NCBI RefSeq assembly: GCF_009914755.1
Contig: NC_060934.1
Reading direction: 5' to 3' (one strand)
Length of the DNA stretch: 64,000 bases
Origin: the human T2T-CHM13v2.0 reference genome, Homo sapiens
This document shows positions 1 through 12,200 of the stretch, in pieces. A model generated the notes under the pieces. That model was not told where the DNA came from. It made no database searches and saw only the letters and a list, made by a program, of their open reading frames with translations. Both the position numbers and the translations under genes were made by a program. Each line of letters starts with the position of its first letter. Position 1 is the first letter of the stretch.

Positions 1-1393
1 AAAGGCACTGTACATCTATCAATTTTTGGTTTCTTACCACTGTTGAAATAAGATGGTGTTCAAATCTCTTTCTTCTGCTTCAGTGGTGAGGCCCATGTGA
101 GCATGGACTGGGTCTGCAGCTACATCAGGGACCCCTGTGAATGGTCACTGAGTAGAATATGGGCATGAATGAATTGAGAAGATGGACAGGACAGGAGGAA
201 AGGCAGGGAGGGTTGGCAAGGCAGATAGTCTTGGACTCTCGTGCCTGGTGTCCTGAAGACACCTGATGTGCAGTTGTCCTGCAACTGCTTCAGATATGGC
301 TGCTCCTGCCTGCTCCTCTTCTGGGCTCCCACCTAGTAGAGACATGAATGGAGCATTATCCTTGTATGGTGGGGACCCTGGCAAGGGCAGGCCCAGAAAT
401 TGAGAGGACGCAGAGAAGTGCACCTAATGAAGTCTGGGGAGGAGGTCAGCGAGGCGTTCCTGGATGAGGAGACCACTGAGCTAAACATTTAAAGATGAGA
501 GTTATCTGGTCTGAGATGGGTTGAGGAGGCATAAAGGTGAGACTCAAAATCAACTATCTTGAGTAAGGTTTGTTCCTGCCTTCTGTAGGCATTGCTCGGA
601 CTTTAAGCTGTAGTAGGGCTTTAAGCTATAGGGATGGATGGGCAGAGATGATGGCTGGAAAGGAGAGGAGCAAAGGAGCTGTCAGTTGCTCCTTCCAGGG
701 ATGGCAGTAGCTTGAACAGGAGAACATTTTGAGAACTATTTAGGACGTAACTTTGCCTGGCCTTGGTAACCAATTTGATGAGAGTGTGAGAGAGACTGGT
801 TGGTGCTAGTCCCTGAGAGAGAAGCCCTAGAGTTTTGGAAGAGGATGGTGGCTGTCTGGAGTAATCAGCATGGACTGCACAAATGAGGCCGCTTTGCTTT
901 TAATTTTCTAATGCATCCCTCAAGTATCCACAGGCCTTAGTAACAGGAGATAGTTATTAATCTTGCCTCCTGAAGTTTGATAGAGTCCACATAGGGGGCA
1001 GTCTGTCTGACTTCCATATCTAAGCAAGACAAGTACCAGGATTGGAGTAGTCATCCTCTCTGTCATGCAGCTGCTGTGGGTGGCAGGATTTTATAGCCAA
1101 GCTCAGGGGCTGTGTGAAATGATGAGGCTTCACTGGTTCACGTCCTGCAAAGGCCCCTAGGCTTCTTCAAATGAGATGCAAAATTTGGCCAAGCACGCCT
1201 CACACCACCACTGGCTCCCAAAGATACAGGCACTTTGGGATTTGTACTTTTGATTACAACTTTCTGTCGTACCCACAGGTCCCTTGCGAGATACAAGCCG
1301 TCTGGGAACACCAGGTCAGGTGGGGGATCAGTGTCTGCCATCCTTGGGATCCAGAACCTTGTCTCCATTCCTGCTCTGTCAATCCCTACCTTA

Positions 1394-1579
1394 CAGCAAT
1401 GCTTCTCATAGTGTGGCCTGTAGACCACCTGCATCAGAATCCATTGTAAAGTTGCACAAAAATATAGTTGTGTAAACTAGATTTCCCGAATCACAAATCC
1501 CTGGGGTTGAAATTTAGGGTTCTGTTTTTAAAAAGGTCCTCTTATTATGTGTAAGCACATTAAAGTTTGAGAACTGCTC
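1394..1579 (+). mobile_element. MER5A-like hAT-Charlie DNA transposon relic
   Basis: Ends aatgcttctcatagtgtgg and aagtttgagaactgct, plus internal gcatcagaatc, resemble the MER5A consensus. Confidence 0.7.
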
Positions 1580-1609
1580 CAGGTGCTGGACATCTTTTAC
1601 TTTAAAAAA

Positions 1610-3520
1610 ATCTTAGCTTTTTTCACTGAGGTGAGATTTGCAGAACATAAAATTAATAATCTTAAAGCAAACAATTCCATAGAATTTAATGCATTCACAG
1701 TGTTGTGCAAAGACCACCTCTATCTAATTCAAAACACTTTTATCACCCCAAAAGGAAAACCTATACTCATTCTCATTCTTTTCCCCAGTCCCTGGGCTAC
1801 CACCAATCTGCTTTGGGGATTAAACTGTTCAGGATAAATCATGTGTAAATGGAATCATGTAATAGGTTTCCTTTGGCGTTTGACTTCTTTCAGGTAGCTT
1901 AATATTTTTGAGATTCATTTACATTGTAACGTATATCAGTACTTCTTTCCTTTTTACAATAAAATAATATTCCATCATATGGGTACACACCACAGTTTGT
2001 TTATCCATTCATTTGTTGATGAACATTTGGGTTATTTCCTTTGGTTCTTGTAAATAGTGCTGCTATGAACATTCATGTTCATGTATTTATTTGAGTACTT
2101 GTTTTGAATTCTTTTGAATATATACCTAGGAGTAGAATTGTAGCTCAATTCAATAGAATTGTAGGAACTGTAAAACTGCCTATTTTCACAGCAGCTGAAC
2201 CAATTTTACACACCCAACAGCAATATAAAAGGTTTTCAATTTCTCCACAGGCTTGCCAATATTTATTTCCCTTTAAAAAATTTTTTAGCCATTCTAATGG
2301 GCATGGAGTGTTATCTCATTGTGATTTTGATTTTTGTTTCTCTAATGGCTAATAATGTTGAATTTTTTTATGTGCTTTTTGGCCATTTGTATATCTTTTT
2401 GGGGGAAACGTCTATTCAAGGGCTTGGCCCATATTTTAATTGGGTTGTTTCTCTTTTTGTTGCTAAGTTGTATGAATTCTTTATATATTGTGGGTACTAG
2501 ACTCTCAAAAGAAATATGATTTGCAAATATTTTCTCTCATTCTGTAGGTTCTCCTTTCATTTTCTTAATAATGTCCTTTGATGCACAAAAATTTTCAGTT
2601 TTGATGAAGTCCAGTTTATCCATTTTTTCTTCTGTTACTTGTGCTTTTGGCATTATATGTAAAAATCCATTGCCAAATCCAAGGTCATAAAGATTTACCA
2701 CTGTGTTTTCTCCTAAAAATTTTGTTTTGGCTCTTATTGTAGATAATTAATTCATTTTGAGTTAATTTTTGCATATGGCAAGGGGTCAGGGTTCAACTTC
2801 ATTCTTTTGCTTATAGCTATTCAACTGCTCTGGTACCATTAGTTGAAGAGTCCCTTCTTAAATTGTCTTTGTATCCTTGTTGAAAATCAAGGGGCCACAG
2901 ATACATGAGTTTATTTGTGGATTCTCAATCCTATTTCATTGATCTCTATATTTATCCTTATGTCAGCTCCACTGTTTTGATTATGTAGCTTTGTAGTAGG
3001 TTTTGAACTCTGGAAATGTGAGTTGTCCAACTTTATCTTTTAAAATATTGCTTTGGCTTCTTAGGGTTTCCTACAATTCCACATGAATTTGAGGGTCAGC
3101 TGTCACCATTTGGCATGCTGCTAGCTGTGGGCTTTTCATAAATGCCCTTTATCATGTTGAGGAAGTTTACTATCTATTTCTAGTTTTTGGAGTGTTTTTA
3201 TCATGAAAGAGTGTGAGATTTTGTCAAATGCTCTTTATGAGTCAAATCAGATGATCATCTGTTTTTTGCCTTTGTCTATTAATGTGGTGTATTTTGTTGA
3301 TTGGTTTTGTTATGTTGAACCACCCTTGCATTTCTAATATAAATCATACTTGGTCATGACATATAATCCTTTTAATATGCTGTTGAATTTAGTTTGCTAG
3401 CATTTTGTTTAGGATTTTGCATGTATGTTCATAAGGGACATTGATCCCTTGGATATTGGTAGGTTTTTTTTTTTTTTTCTGTATTGTCTTTGTGTGGCTT
3501 CAGTATCAGAGTAAAAATAC
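1610..3520 (-). mobile_element. Old L1M (L1MA/MB-like) 3' UTR and ORF2 fragment
   Basis: T-rich antisense L1 phrases (gctgctatgaacattcatg, atatacctaggagtagaattg, tgttgaaccacccttgcat). Confidence 0.8.
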
Positions 3521-3524
3521 AGGC

Positions 3525-4017
3525 TTCCTTGCTGTTCCTGGAATATGCCAGACATACTCCTACTTCAGGGCTTTTGCAATGGCTCTTCTCTTTGCTTGAA
3601 ATGCTTTTCCCATGGATGTCTGCATCCCGTCTTTCAGTTTTGCCCTTCTTAAAGAGGCCAAACCTGCCATTCAAATTAAAATTGTAAATTACTCTCCTTC
3701 TGCATACAAGCACTTATCAATCAAAAATCAAATTTTTGTCAGTTCTCCTTTCTTGGCTCTTTTTTTCTCAATAGCACTTATCATTTCTTATTCATTATGA
3801 TATTATTATGTTATATATTAATATGTTATATTATACACAATAATTATTAATTTTAATTTACTTATTTATTGTGTTTATCTTTATGTCTACACCCTTCCCC
3901 TCACACCCAGGTCATGGATTTTAGTTTGTTTAGTTTACAGATGTATCCAGAGTGCCTGAATAGTGCCTGGAAAATAATAAAAGGTCAATAAGTATTTGCT
4001 CAGTTGATTTGAATAAA
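3525..4017 (+). mobile_element. L2 3' end fragment
   Basis: ttccttgctgttcctgga...cagggcttttgca...gtgcctgaatagtgcctgg...caataagtatttg. Confidence 0.7.
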
Positions 4018-4159
4018 TTACGCCCAAGCACAAGAAACACTCCTGAGCACCTTAGCTACTCTGAGGACTAAAAACAATCTCACTTTGCATATGACAGCAG
4101 CAACATGGGCAGGGTGTTGGAAAACTGGGTGTTGGTAATTTGGGATTAGCCTGTAGTTT

Positions 4160-7100
4160 ATTATTATTATTTCAATTCACATGAAGTAAAAGTCTCTTTT
4201 TTTGGCCTACAGTTCTATGGGTTTTAATTCATGTGTAGAGTCACACGACTACCACCACAATCAAGAAACAGAACAGTCTCATCACCTCAAATAGCTCCCA
4301 GATATTGCCCCACATAGTGAAACCTTTTCTCCACCCTATCCTCGCAACCGTGGATCTTTCCTTATAGTTTTGTCTTTCCAGAATACCATATACATGGAAG
4401 CATACATGTGTAATCTTTTGAGCCTGGCTTCTTTCGCTCAGCATAAGGCCTTTCAGATTCACTCATTTTGTGTGTATCAGTAGTTCATACATTTCTGTTG
4501 CTGAGTAGTTTTCCATTGTAGGGATGCAAATGTTTCCTCCCAGCCTATAGCTTATCTATTCATCTTTAAATAGGGTCTTCCACAGATTGAAGGTTTTAAA
4601 TTTTGATGAAGTCCAAATCATCATTTGTTTTTACTTTTATGTATTGCACTTTTATGTCATATCTAAGATCTCTTTGCCTGACGGCCATGAAGATTTTCTC
4701 CTATGTTTTCTTCTAAAAGTTTTACAGGTCTGTAATCTGTTTTGAGCTACTTTTTGTACCATGTGTGAAGTTTAGATTGAGATTCATTTTTTGTTTGTTT
4801 GTTTTTGCTTATGAATGTCCAATTCTTCCAATGCCATTAGTTGAAAATATTATCTTTTTTTCCATTGAATTGTCTTTATAACTTTGTAAAAACTGCTTAG
4901 CCATATTTATATATGTCTTTGGACACTATTTGATTTCATTGACTTATGTGTCTAGCTTTTCACCAATATTGTCTTGATTACTGTGGCTTTGTAAGATATC
5001 AAATGCAAGCTCTCCAAAGATATTCTTCCTTCTCAAATTTGCTTTGGTGATTTCAGTTCCTTTACCTTTGGCTGTCCTGATGGAACCTCGTTATTTTATA
5101 TATAGGTAGGTATTGTTTGCTGATTGTTGAGGATTTTTGCACCTATGTTCATTAGGGATACTGACATGCAGTTTTTTTATACTGTGTTTTTCTGTTTTCA
5201 ATATCAGGGTAATTCTGACTTTGTAAAATGAATTGGGAAGTGTTCCTTTCTGATACCATATAAATGTTAATGATCAGCTTGCCTATATCTACAAAAATTC
5301 CTGCTGGGATTTTTATTGGAATTGCATTAGATCTATAGATCAATTTGGAGAGAATTGACAATTTAACTATAGTAAATCTTCCAACCCATAAACATAGTGT
5401 GCTTTTCTGTTTATTTAGGTCTTTGATTCTTTCATCAAAGTCTGTCATATTCAGTGTAGGGCCTGCACATGTTTTCTTAGATTTATACCAGAGTCTTTTG
5501 TTGAACACACTTCCAAAGGGTATTTAAAATTTTTTGGTTTCTAATTTTTCAATTCTAGTATTTAGGAATATGGTTAACTTTTGTATGTCGACTATTATTC
5601 TGAGACTGCTAAATTTAATTATTAGTTCTAGAAGTTTTTTTTTATGGATTCCTTGGGATTTTCTATGAAGACAATCTCATCGTCTGTGACTAGTGCCAGT
5701 TTTTGGTCTTCCTTTCCAATCCATATGTTCCAGTATTACATCCAATAGCAATGGAGAGATCCTTGCTTGTTCTTAATCTTAGGGAGAAAGTCTTCAGTCT
5801 TTGCCATTGAATATAACATCAGCTATGGGAATTTGTAGATGCCCATTGTTAGGTTATAAACAATTCCTTTGAATTTACTGAGAATTTCTTTTTATCATGA
5901 GCAGATTTTTAATCTTTCAAATGCTTTTTATGCATTAAATGATATTATCATGTGATTTTATTAATATGGATCATGTTGACTGATTTTTGAATATTAAACT
6001 TGCCTTGCATTTACGGGTAGTCCAATTGGCCATAGTACCCTCGTTATTTTATATGTAGCTAGGTATTATTTGCTGATTGTTGAGGATTTTTGCACCTATG
6101 TTCATTAGGTATACTGAAATGTAGTTTTTTTATACTGTGTTTTTCTGTTTTCAATATCAGGGTAATTCTGGCTTTATAAAATGAATTGGGAAGTGTTCCC
6201 TTCTCTTGTGTTTTTGAAAGAAGCTGTGTAGAACTGGTGTTATTTCTCTTTTAAATGTATGGTAGAATTTGCTGGTGAAAACACTGAGCCTCAAGGTTTC
6301 TTTGTGGGCAGGTTTTTAGCTACATATTCGGTTTTTGTAATAGCTATAAATGATTTAGGCAACTTATTTCTTCTTGTTGAGTTTGGTAGTTTGTGGCTTC
6401 GAAGAAAACCGTTTGAAGGTAGTTTATGACTTTGAAGGAACAATTACTGAGAGGAGTGTTGAACTCTCTAACTATAATTGTGGATTTGGCCATTTGTCCT
6501 TTCAGATCTATGAGTTTTTCTTTCTGAATTGTGATGCTCTGTTGTAAAGTGCAAACACGTTTTGAATTGTTATGTCTCTTTTAATCATCATATCATATAA
6601 TCTGTTTATTATGAGTCATTTTCCTTGCTCTAAAGTCTGTTTTCCCTGATATGAGTAGAATTACACCAGCTTTCTTTTGATTACTGTTAGGATGGTATAA
6701 ATTTTTCTATCCTGTTACTTTTAACCTATCTATATCACAATATTTAATGATGGCATATAGCTTTGTTTTTATTTCTTTCCATTCTGACAATAGTGTCTAT
6801 CAGTTTTTAATGTGTTTGAATTATTGATGTGTTTGAATTTAGGTTCAGGATTTTATTGTTTGTTTTCTCTTTTTTTTTACTCTTTTTTTGTTCCTCTACT
6901 TCTGTTTGCCTGCCTTTTTGTGGACAATTTGAATATATTTTAGTATTCAATTTGAGTTTATCTACTGAATTTTTTGACTCTCCTTTTTTGTCTCTCCTTT
7001 TTTTTTAGTGCTTTCAATAGGGACTGCAGTATACTTAATTAACTTTTAACAGTCTACTTAGAATTGACATTTTACTATTTCAAATGGATTATAGAAAGCT

Positions 7101-9200
7101 TACCTCTACGCCGTTCCCTCTATCCTTCCCTATTTTTGTTGTGGTTGTCTTATGTATTACATCTAATACAATGTCACTTTCAACCATCATACCTAAATTT
7201 AAGAACTTAAGAAGAGAACAATAATAGTGTATTATATTTACCCAAATATTTACCATTTCTGTTGCTCTTTCTTCATCCCTGAAGTTTCCTTTCATTATTT
7301 TGTTATTATTTTCCTACCATCTGAAGAAATTTTAAAAGTATTATTCTTAGAACAAGTCTGATGGCAAGAATCTGTCTTCCTTCATCTGGGAACACATTTA
7401 TTTTGCCTTCATTCTGGAAGCATGTGGATATGGAATTCTGTGTGTATTTTTGTAGCACTTTAAAAATGTTGTTTCCATGACTTCTGCTTTCTTATGAGAA
7501 AATCCAAGGTTATTCAAATTGTCGTTCCCTTAAATGTAATGTGTTGTTTTTCTCTGGCTGCTTTCAAGATTTTTAAAATTTTCTTTAGTGTTCAGCAGTT
7601 TGATTGTGCTGTGTCTGGGCATAATTTTTTTTGTTTATTTTATTTGGGTTTTGCTAAGCTTCTTGAATCTTTAAGGTTATGTATTTCACCAGCTTTGAAG
7701 AAAGAAGTACTAAAAACTTCTCAAACGTTTTTTCTTTCATACCATACTCTTTCTCGTCTCCTTGGAGGATTCTAATGACAGAAATGTTAGATCCTTTGTT
7801 ACACATGACCTTGAGTCTGTCTTTATTTTTAGTAATCTTTTTCCTTTTTGTTGTTCAGATTAGGCAACTTGTATTGCTCCATCTTCGTGTTCATGGACTC
7901 TCCTCTCATCTCATTCTCCTATTGTTCTCATTTAGTGAGTTTAAACAAATTTCAGTTGTTGTGTTTACTTGATTCTTTTTTATTGCTTCTATTTATTTAC
8001 TGAAACTTTCTGTTTTTCATTTATTTGAAAAATGTTCACTCTTACTTCTTGGAATTGGGTTAATAACTGCTTTAAGGGTTTCGTCTGATAGTTCCAACAT
8101 CTGTGACATCTCAGCATTGGCATTTGTTGGTTGTCTTTTTCCACATGAGATGTTGAGACTTCCCTGGTTCATTCTATGTTGAGCAATTTCAGGTTGTATT
8201 CTGGACATTTTGAATCTTATCTTATGAACTCTGGTCTTTGTTGTCATCTTATAGAGAATGTTAATGAATATATATATATATATCTTAAGGTAGGGAACTA
8301 GCCCACTTAGGTTCAGGTTGCAAGTTTCTGCCCATCTTCCCTGGACTCTCTGGTTCCAGTATCAGTTCAGTTTTCAAAGACTGCAGGGAGATTTGATGTG
8401 CGCTCACTTGCTTCATGCAGTAACTGGTTGTGTGTGGTGGTTTACCTCCTAGTTAGGGTCAGATGCACATACACAGTCAGAACTCAGCCCAGAGGTTAAT
8501 ATACAACTTTGTGGTTACATTTTCCTCAGCTTCCTCTTCTTCATCCTTTCCTTAACACTTGCTGGCTCCCAAGGGGTCCCTTCCTGCTCTGTCTAGAATT
8601 GGCGCTTTTGTTTCTCTGTTCTTCCCTGTGTCACTGGTATCTGTCTCTGGGGCCATGCAGTGAGGGGAGAAAAGGAGAAAAGAGCAATGGGAATTTTACC
8701 TACACTCTTGGGACTACAGGTCCTCTGGTCAGAGAGAAAGTTTCTCTTCACTGAGAGTTTTAGAGTCTGCCTGGCTGCTGCTGCTGTTGCTGATGCTGAG
8801 GGAATTGCCTGAAAGATGGGTTGGGAAAGAATGGGGAAACCAAACAAAGAAAATCCCAGGGGATTTCCTCCATGCTCTGTGACCTGTAAAACCTCCTTTC
8901 CTGCTCCTCAGACCAGAAACAGAGGACTTCTCTTGGAGCTCTTTCCATCATGTCTACACCTTGTGCACAGTTGCGAGTTTTAGGCTACCTGTGAGTTCAC
9001 ACCAGGGGATGCTGCAGAGGGGAAGCCCAGAAAGCTCACTGCCAGTTCATAGTGCTTGAGTTTGGTTTCCTTCTCGGCTACCATTTACTTTCCAGAGTCC
9101 TCCAAGAGCTGCTCCATGAGTTCTAAGTGTTTTAGTTGCATTCGGTATTCAGGGGGTGGGACAGAGCTGAGTGTGCTTACACCATTTTGAAGGGACCCAG
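4160..9200 (-). mobile_element. Old L1M (L1MC/MD-like) long fragmented element
   Basis: ORF 5152..5508(-) resembles L1 ORF2 (KLIYRSNAIPIKIPAGIFVDIGKLI); antisense L1 phrases continue to about 9200. Confidence 0.75.
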
Positions 9201-9205
9201 AAGCC

Positions 9206-9242
9206 TGTGTGTGTGTGTGTGTGAGTGAGTGTGTGTGTGTGT
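9206..9242 (+). repeat. (TG)n microsatellite, interrupted
   Basis: tgtgtgtgtgtgtgtgtgagtgagtgtgtgtgtgt. Confidence 0.9.
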
Positions 9243-9577
9243 TCAATATGAAACCAGAGCTTCTCAATCTCCAACGTATCTGGAGGGAAGGGAAGAAAAC
9301 CAGGGAACTAACTTCACTGAGCATCAACTATGGGTCAGGCACTGTGCCTTGGAGCACAAAAGCATTCTTCTATGACTGTAGGGGGAAAGTGTGGTACTGT
9401 CAATGCCTTTTAGAGTTGGAGGAAATTAGGCTCGATGGAGTAGTTCAATGTCATCTAGGTAATAAGACAGGATGTGTACCATGATCTGTCTTAGAAAGAA
9501 AGATCCAGGAAGCTCAGTGAAAATAGAAAGAAACTGGAAGGTCCGTGTCTCATGTCTGGCTCTCCCTCTCTCTGCAG

Positions 9578-9671
9578 GATGGATGAGGGAGATGCTGCAA
9601 TCATGCATCCCGGGGTCGTGTGCATCATGGTGAGGCTGCTGCCTCGGTTGTACCATGAAGATCACCCACAG
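9578..9671 (+). CDS. WDFY4: WDFY4 coding exon (MDEGDAAIMHPGVVCIMVRLLPRLYHEDHPQ)
   Basis: Acceptor tctccctctctctgcag, donor CAG|gtacct; 94 nt, phase 2 to 0. Confidence 0.92.
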
Positions 9672-10199
9672 GTACCTGGTGTTGAATATGTGTGTTTTGT
9701 CATCTTCACATGACTGATCTCTCAAATGCCTTCTGACCCAAGACAGCTTTTTTCCTTTTGTCCGTGTCTTCAGTGCCCTGCGTTAGCAGAGCTCCCCATG
9801 GGAAACACCTATAGTGGGAAAGTACCAGGGTGTTCTGGACACTTGACTGAGTTGTGCCCACCCTTGCAAGGCCATCCAAAACAGATCACTTCTGTTAACA
9901 AAGCTACCTTCTAAGAACAACAGCCAAACAAAAAAACAACTGAAAATAATTGAACCATAGTAAGGCAAGTCCCAGGTGTTAAGCTCAGCACCTGGCGTTG
10001 GTGGGAAGTCCTTTGCTCCCTGGCATGTTCATCTCTCTCCTGGATGCTGGCTGAGATCCTGGCCCTGTGCTCTGTGCAGCTCATGCACAGCTAGCAAGAT
10101 GAGCATAGACACTGTCCACAGAGCCCGCCTCTATGATGGGGATGAGGAGGTAGTGACAGTGCAGACAGACTAAATAAATGAGCTCACAAGTGAATATGA

Positions 10200-10830
10200 A
10201 ATTATGAATTGTGACGAGTGATATTACAGGGAAAAATCAGGGTGCTGAGGTAGAAGAATGAGAATGGAGGCAGGAACAGATCTCATTAAATCTAATTTAG
10301 ATAAAGGGTTGGAGGTCAGGGAAGCCGTCTCTAGATGGTGACATGTAAGCAGAGACCTGAAGGGTGAGTAGCTAGTGTGAACTGGGTGGGAAGGGGCCTG
10401 CTGTTGGTGGCTAGGGGAGGAGCAAATTGGAAGGGCCAGGAGCAAGGGCTCCCTGGTCAGGCGATGATGGGGATAATGGGGCATGCAGGCTTCTGGGAGC
10501 CTTGCCAATGTAAATGATAACAAGAAGCCTCTCTCACGTGAGTGGAGGGTGACATGATCAGATTTTGCGTGAAAAACATTACATTGGCTGCTTGGTGGAG
10601 AATGGACAGGGAATGAGGGTTGAGAGGAAGAGGCAAGGGGCAAGAGTTAGGAGGCTCTGCCTGCGGTCCATGTGATGTGTGGTGATAGCTGGATTAGGGT
10701 GGTGTCTGTGAGAAGGTGTGAAGAAAGGAATTAAGAGACCTGTCCAGAGGCAGAATCACAGGCTTTCAGGAAGAGGAGGCTACAGGTAATGGAGAGACAA
10801 AGAGCCAAGGCGACTCTCAAGTGTCTGTCC
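10200..10830 (-). mobile_element. L2 fragment
   Basis: ggtcagggaagccgtctct...gacatgatcagatttt...aagagttaggaggct...gccaaggcgactctcaagtgtct. Confidence 0.65.
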
Positions 10831-11699
10831 CGGCAGAACTAACAGCCTCATTGTGGGAAGGAAAACTGGTATGGGTGAGGGCATGGAGTAACAGAACAAG
10901 ACGAAGTTGGAGTCAGCAGTCTCAAGATAAAGAACAAATACCTTAGAAGTTCCAAGAAAGAGCTGGGCAGAGTTGAGGAAGGCCTGGGAAATGCACCAGT
11001 TTAGGTTTATCAGCAGCCAAGGAAAGAGGATTCATTGGCTTGAGCAGCTACTCTGTCCCAGGCTGATGCTTGGCCCTTTCTTGGCTTATTTATTCCTCTT
11101 GCAGTTTTGTCGAGGGCATCAATGCCAGTATTTTAACCAATGGAGAAATGTGAGTTCAGACAATGCACATGACTCTCAAGGATGCCCAGTTGTGAACCTG
11201 GTATTGAATGTGGCCTTACCTTGGGGCAGGACTCCTGGTCTTCCCTATACATAGAAGTGGCTTCCAGAGGATGAATAGAGGGACCTGGCACTCCCAGGAA
11301 GCAATGAGGAGTCCAGCTTTGCTTTGTCCAGGAGTTCAGACGGAGGCAACATGTTTGGGGAAGAAATTGCTACTAGTTGGCATTATTAGTCACAGCCTAA
11401 AAATGACAGTGACCTCATAAAAATATTGCAAGTCCTCTGAGATCAGTGAGAAAAGTGGAGTGGCGGAGCAGAAGCTCTGGGACAGCAACTGTTTCCAGGA
11501 AAGGAAATCTGTAGTGTTTGGCGCAGGAGTTAAGAAAAGGCCTGACCCAGTTTCATGTCTCCATGTCCCTTCTTTGGGGAATGGACTTCTTGTTCCTGCT
11601 CCTGTTCCCCTGCTGGAGAGTGATGGGAAAGTGCTGTGAAGCCAATGGCAGAGATACACATAACAGTGAGATTTGGGAAAGGGGTAGGCTGGTATAAAC

Positions 11700-12200
11700 T
11701 GGGATAGGAAGTTAAAAACATCCGTGTCATTTCTCATGGTTCTGTGGGTCAGGGATTCAGAAGGGCACAACAGGCATGGCCTGTCTGCTCCACATGGTGC
11801 TGGTGGGGTTGAACCTCCCAGGATGACCTCTTTAGCTGTGGCACCTCAGCAAGGCTGGCTCCCTGGCAAAGGGTTCCTAAGCTGGCTTAGCTGAGTGGCA
11901 TACCTGGGGCCTTGGTTGAAGCTGTCAGTGGGATCCTGGGGTCTCCTCTACATAGCCCTCTCCATCTGGCCTCTGCCTGTGTCCCTCCAGGCAGACTCTT
12001 TAGCAGGGCACACAGTGGCTCCGGGCCCCCACAGGCACAAAAGCAGAAGCTGCCAGGCCTGCCAAGGACTTAGGCCCAGGAAAAGCCAGCTTTGGTCAAA
12101 GTTAGTCAGGGGCTCGGCTTAGACTTAGTGGGAGGGGACAAAAGCCTCCTCTTCTGTGAGGGGTGACAGGTGTGTGTAGGTGAGAGATGCCTATGGGGAA
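11700..12200 (-). mobile_element. ERVL-MaLR LTR (MLT1F-like)
   Basis: atttctcatggttctgtgggtcagggattc...gcagaagctgccaggcc matches the MLT1 pattern. Confidence 0.6.
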
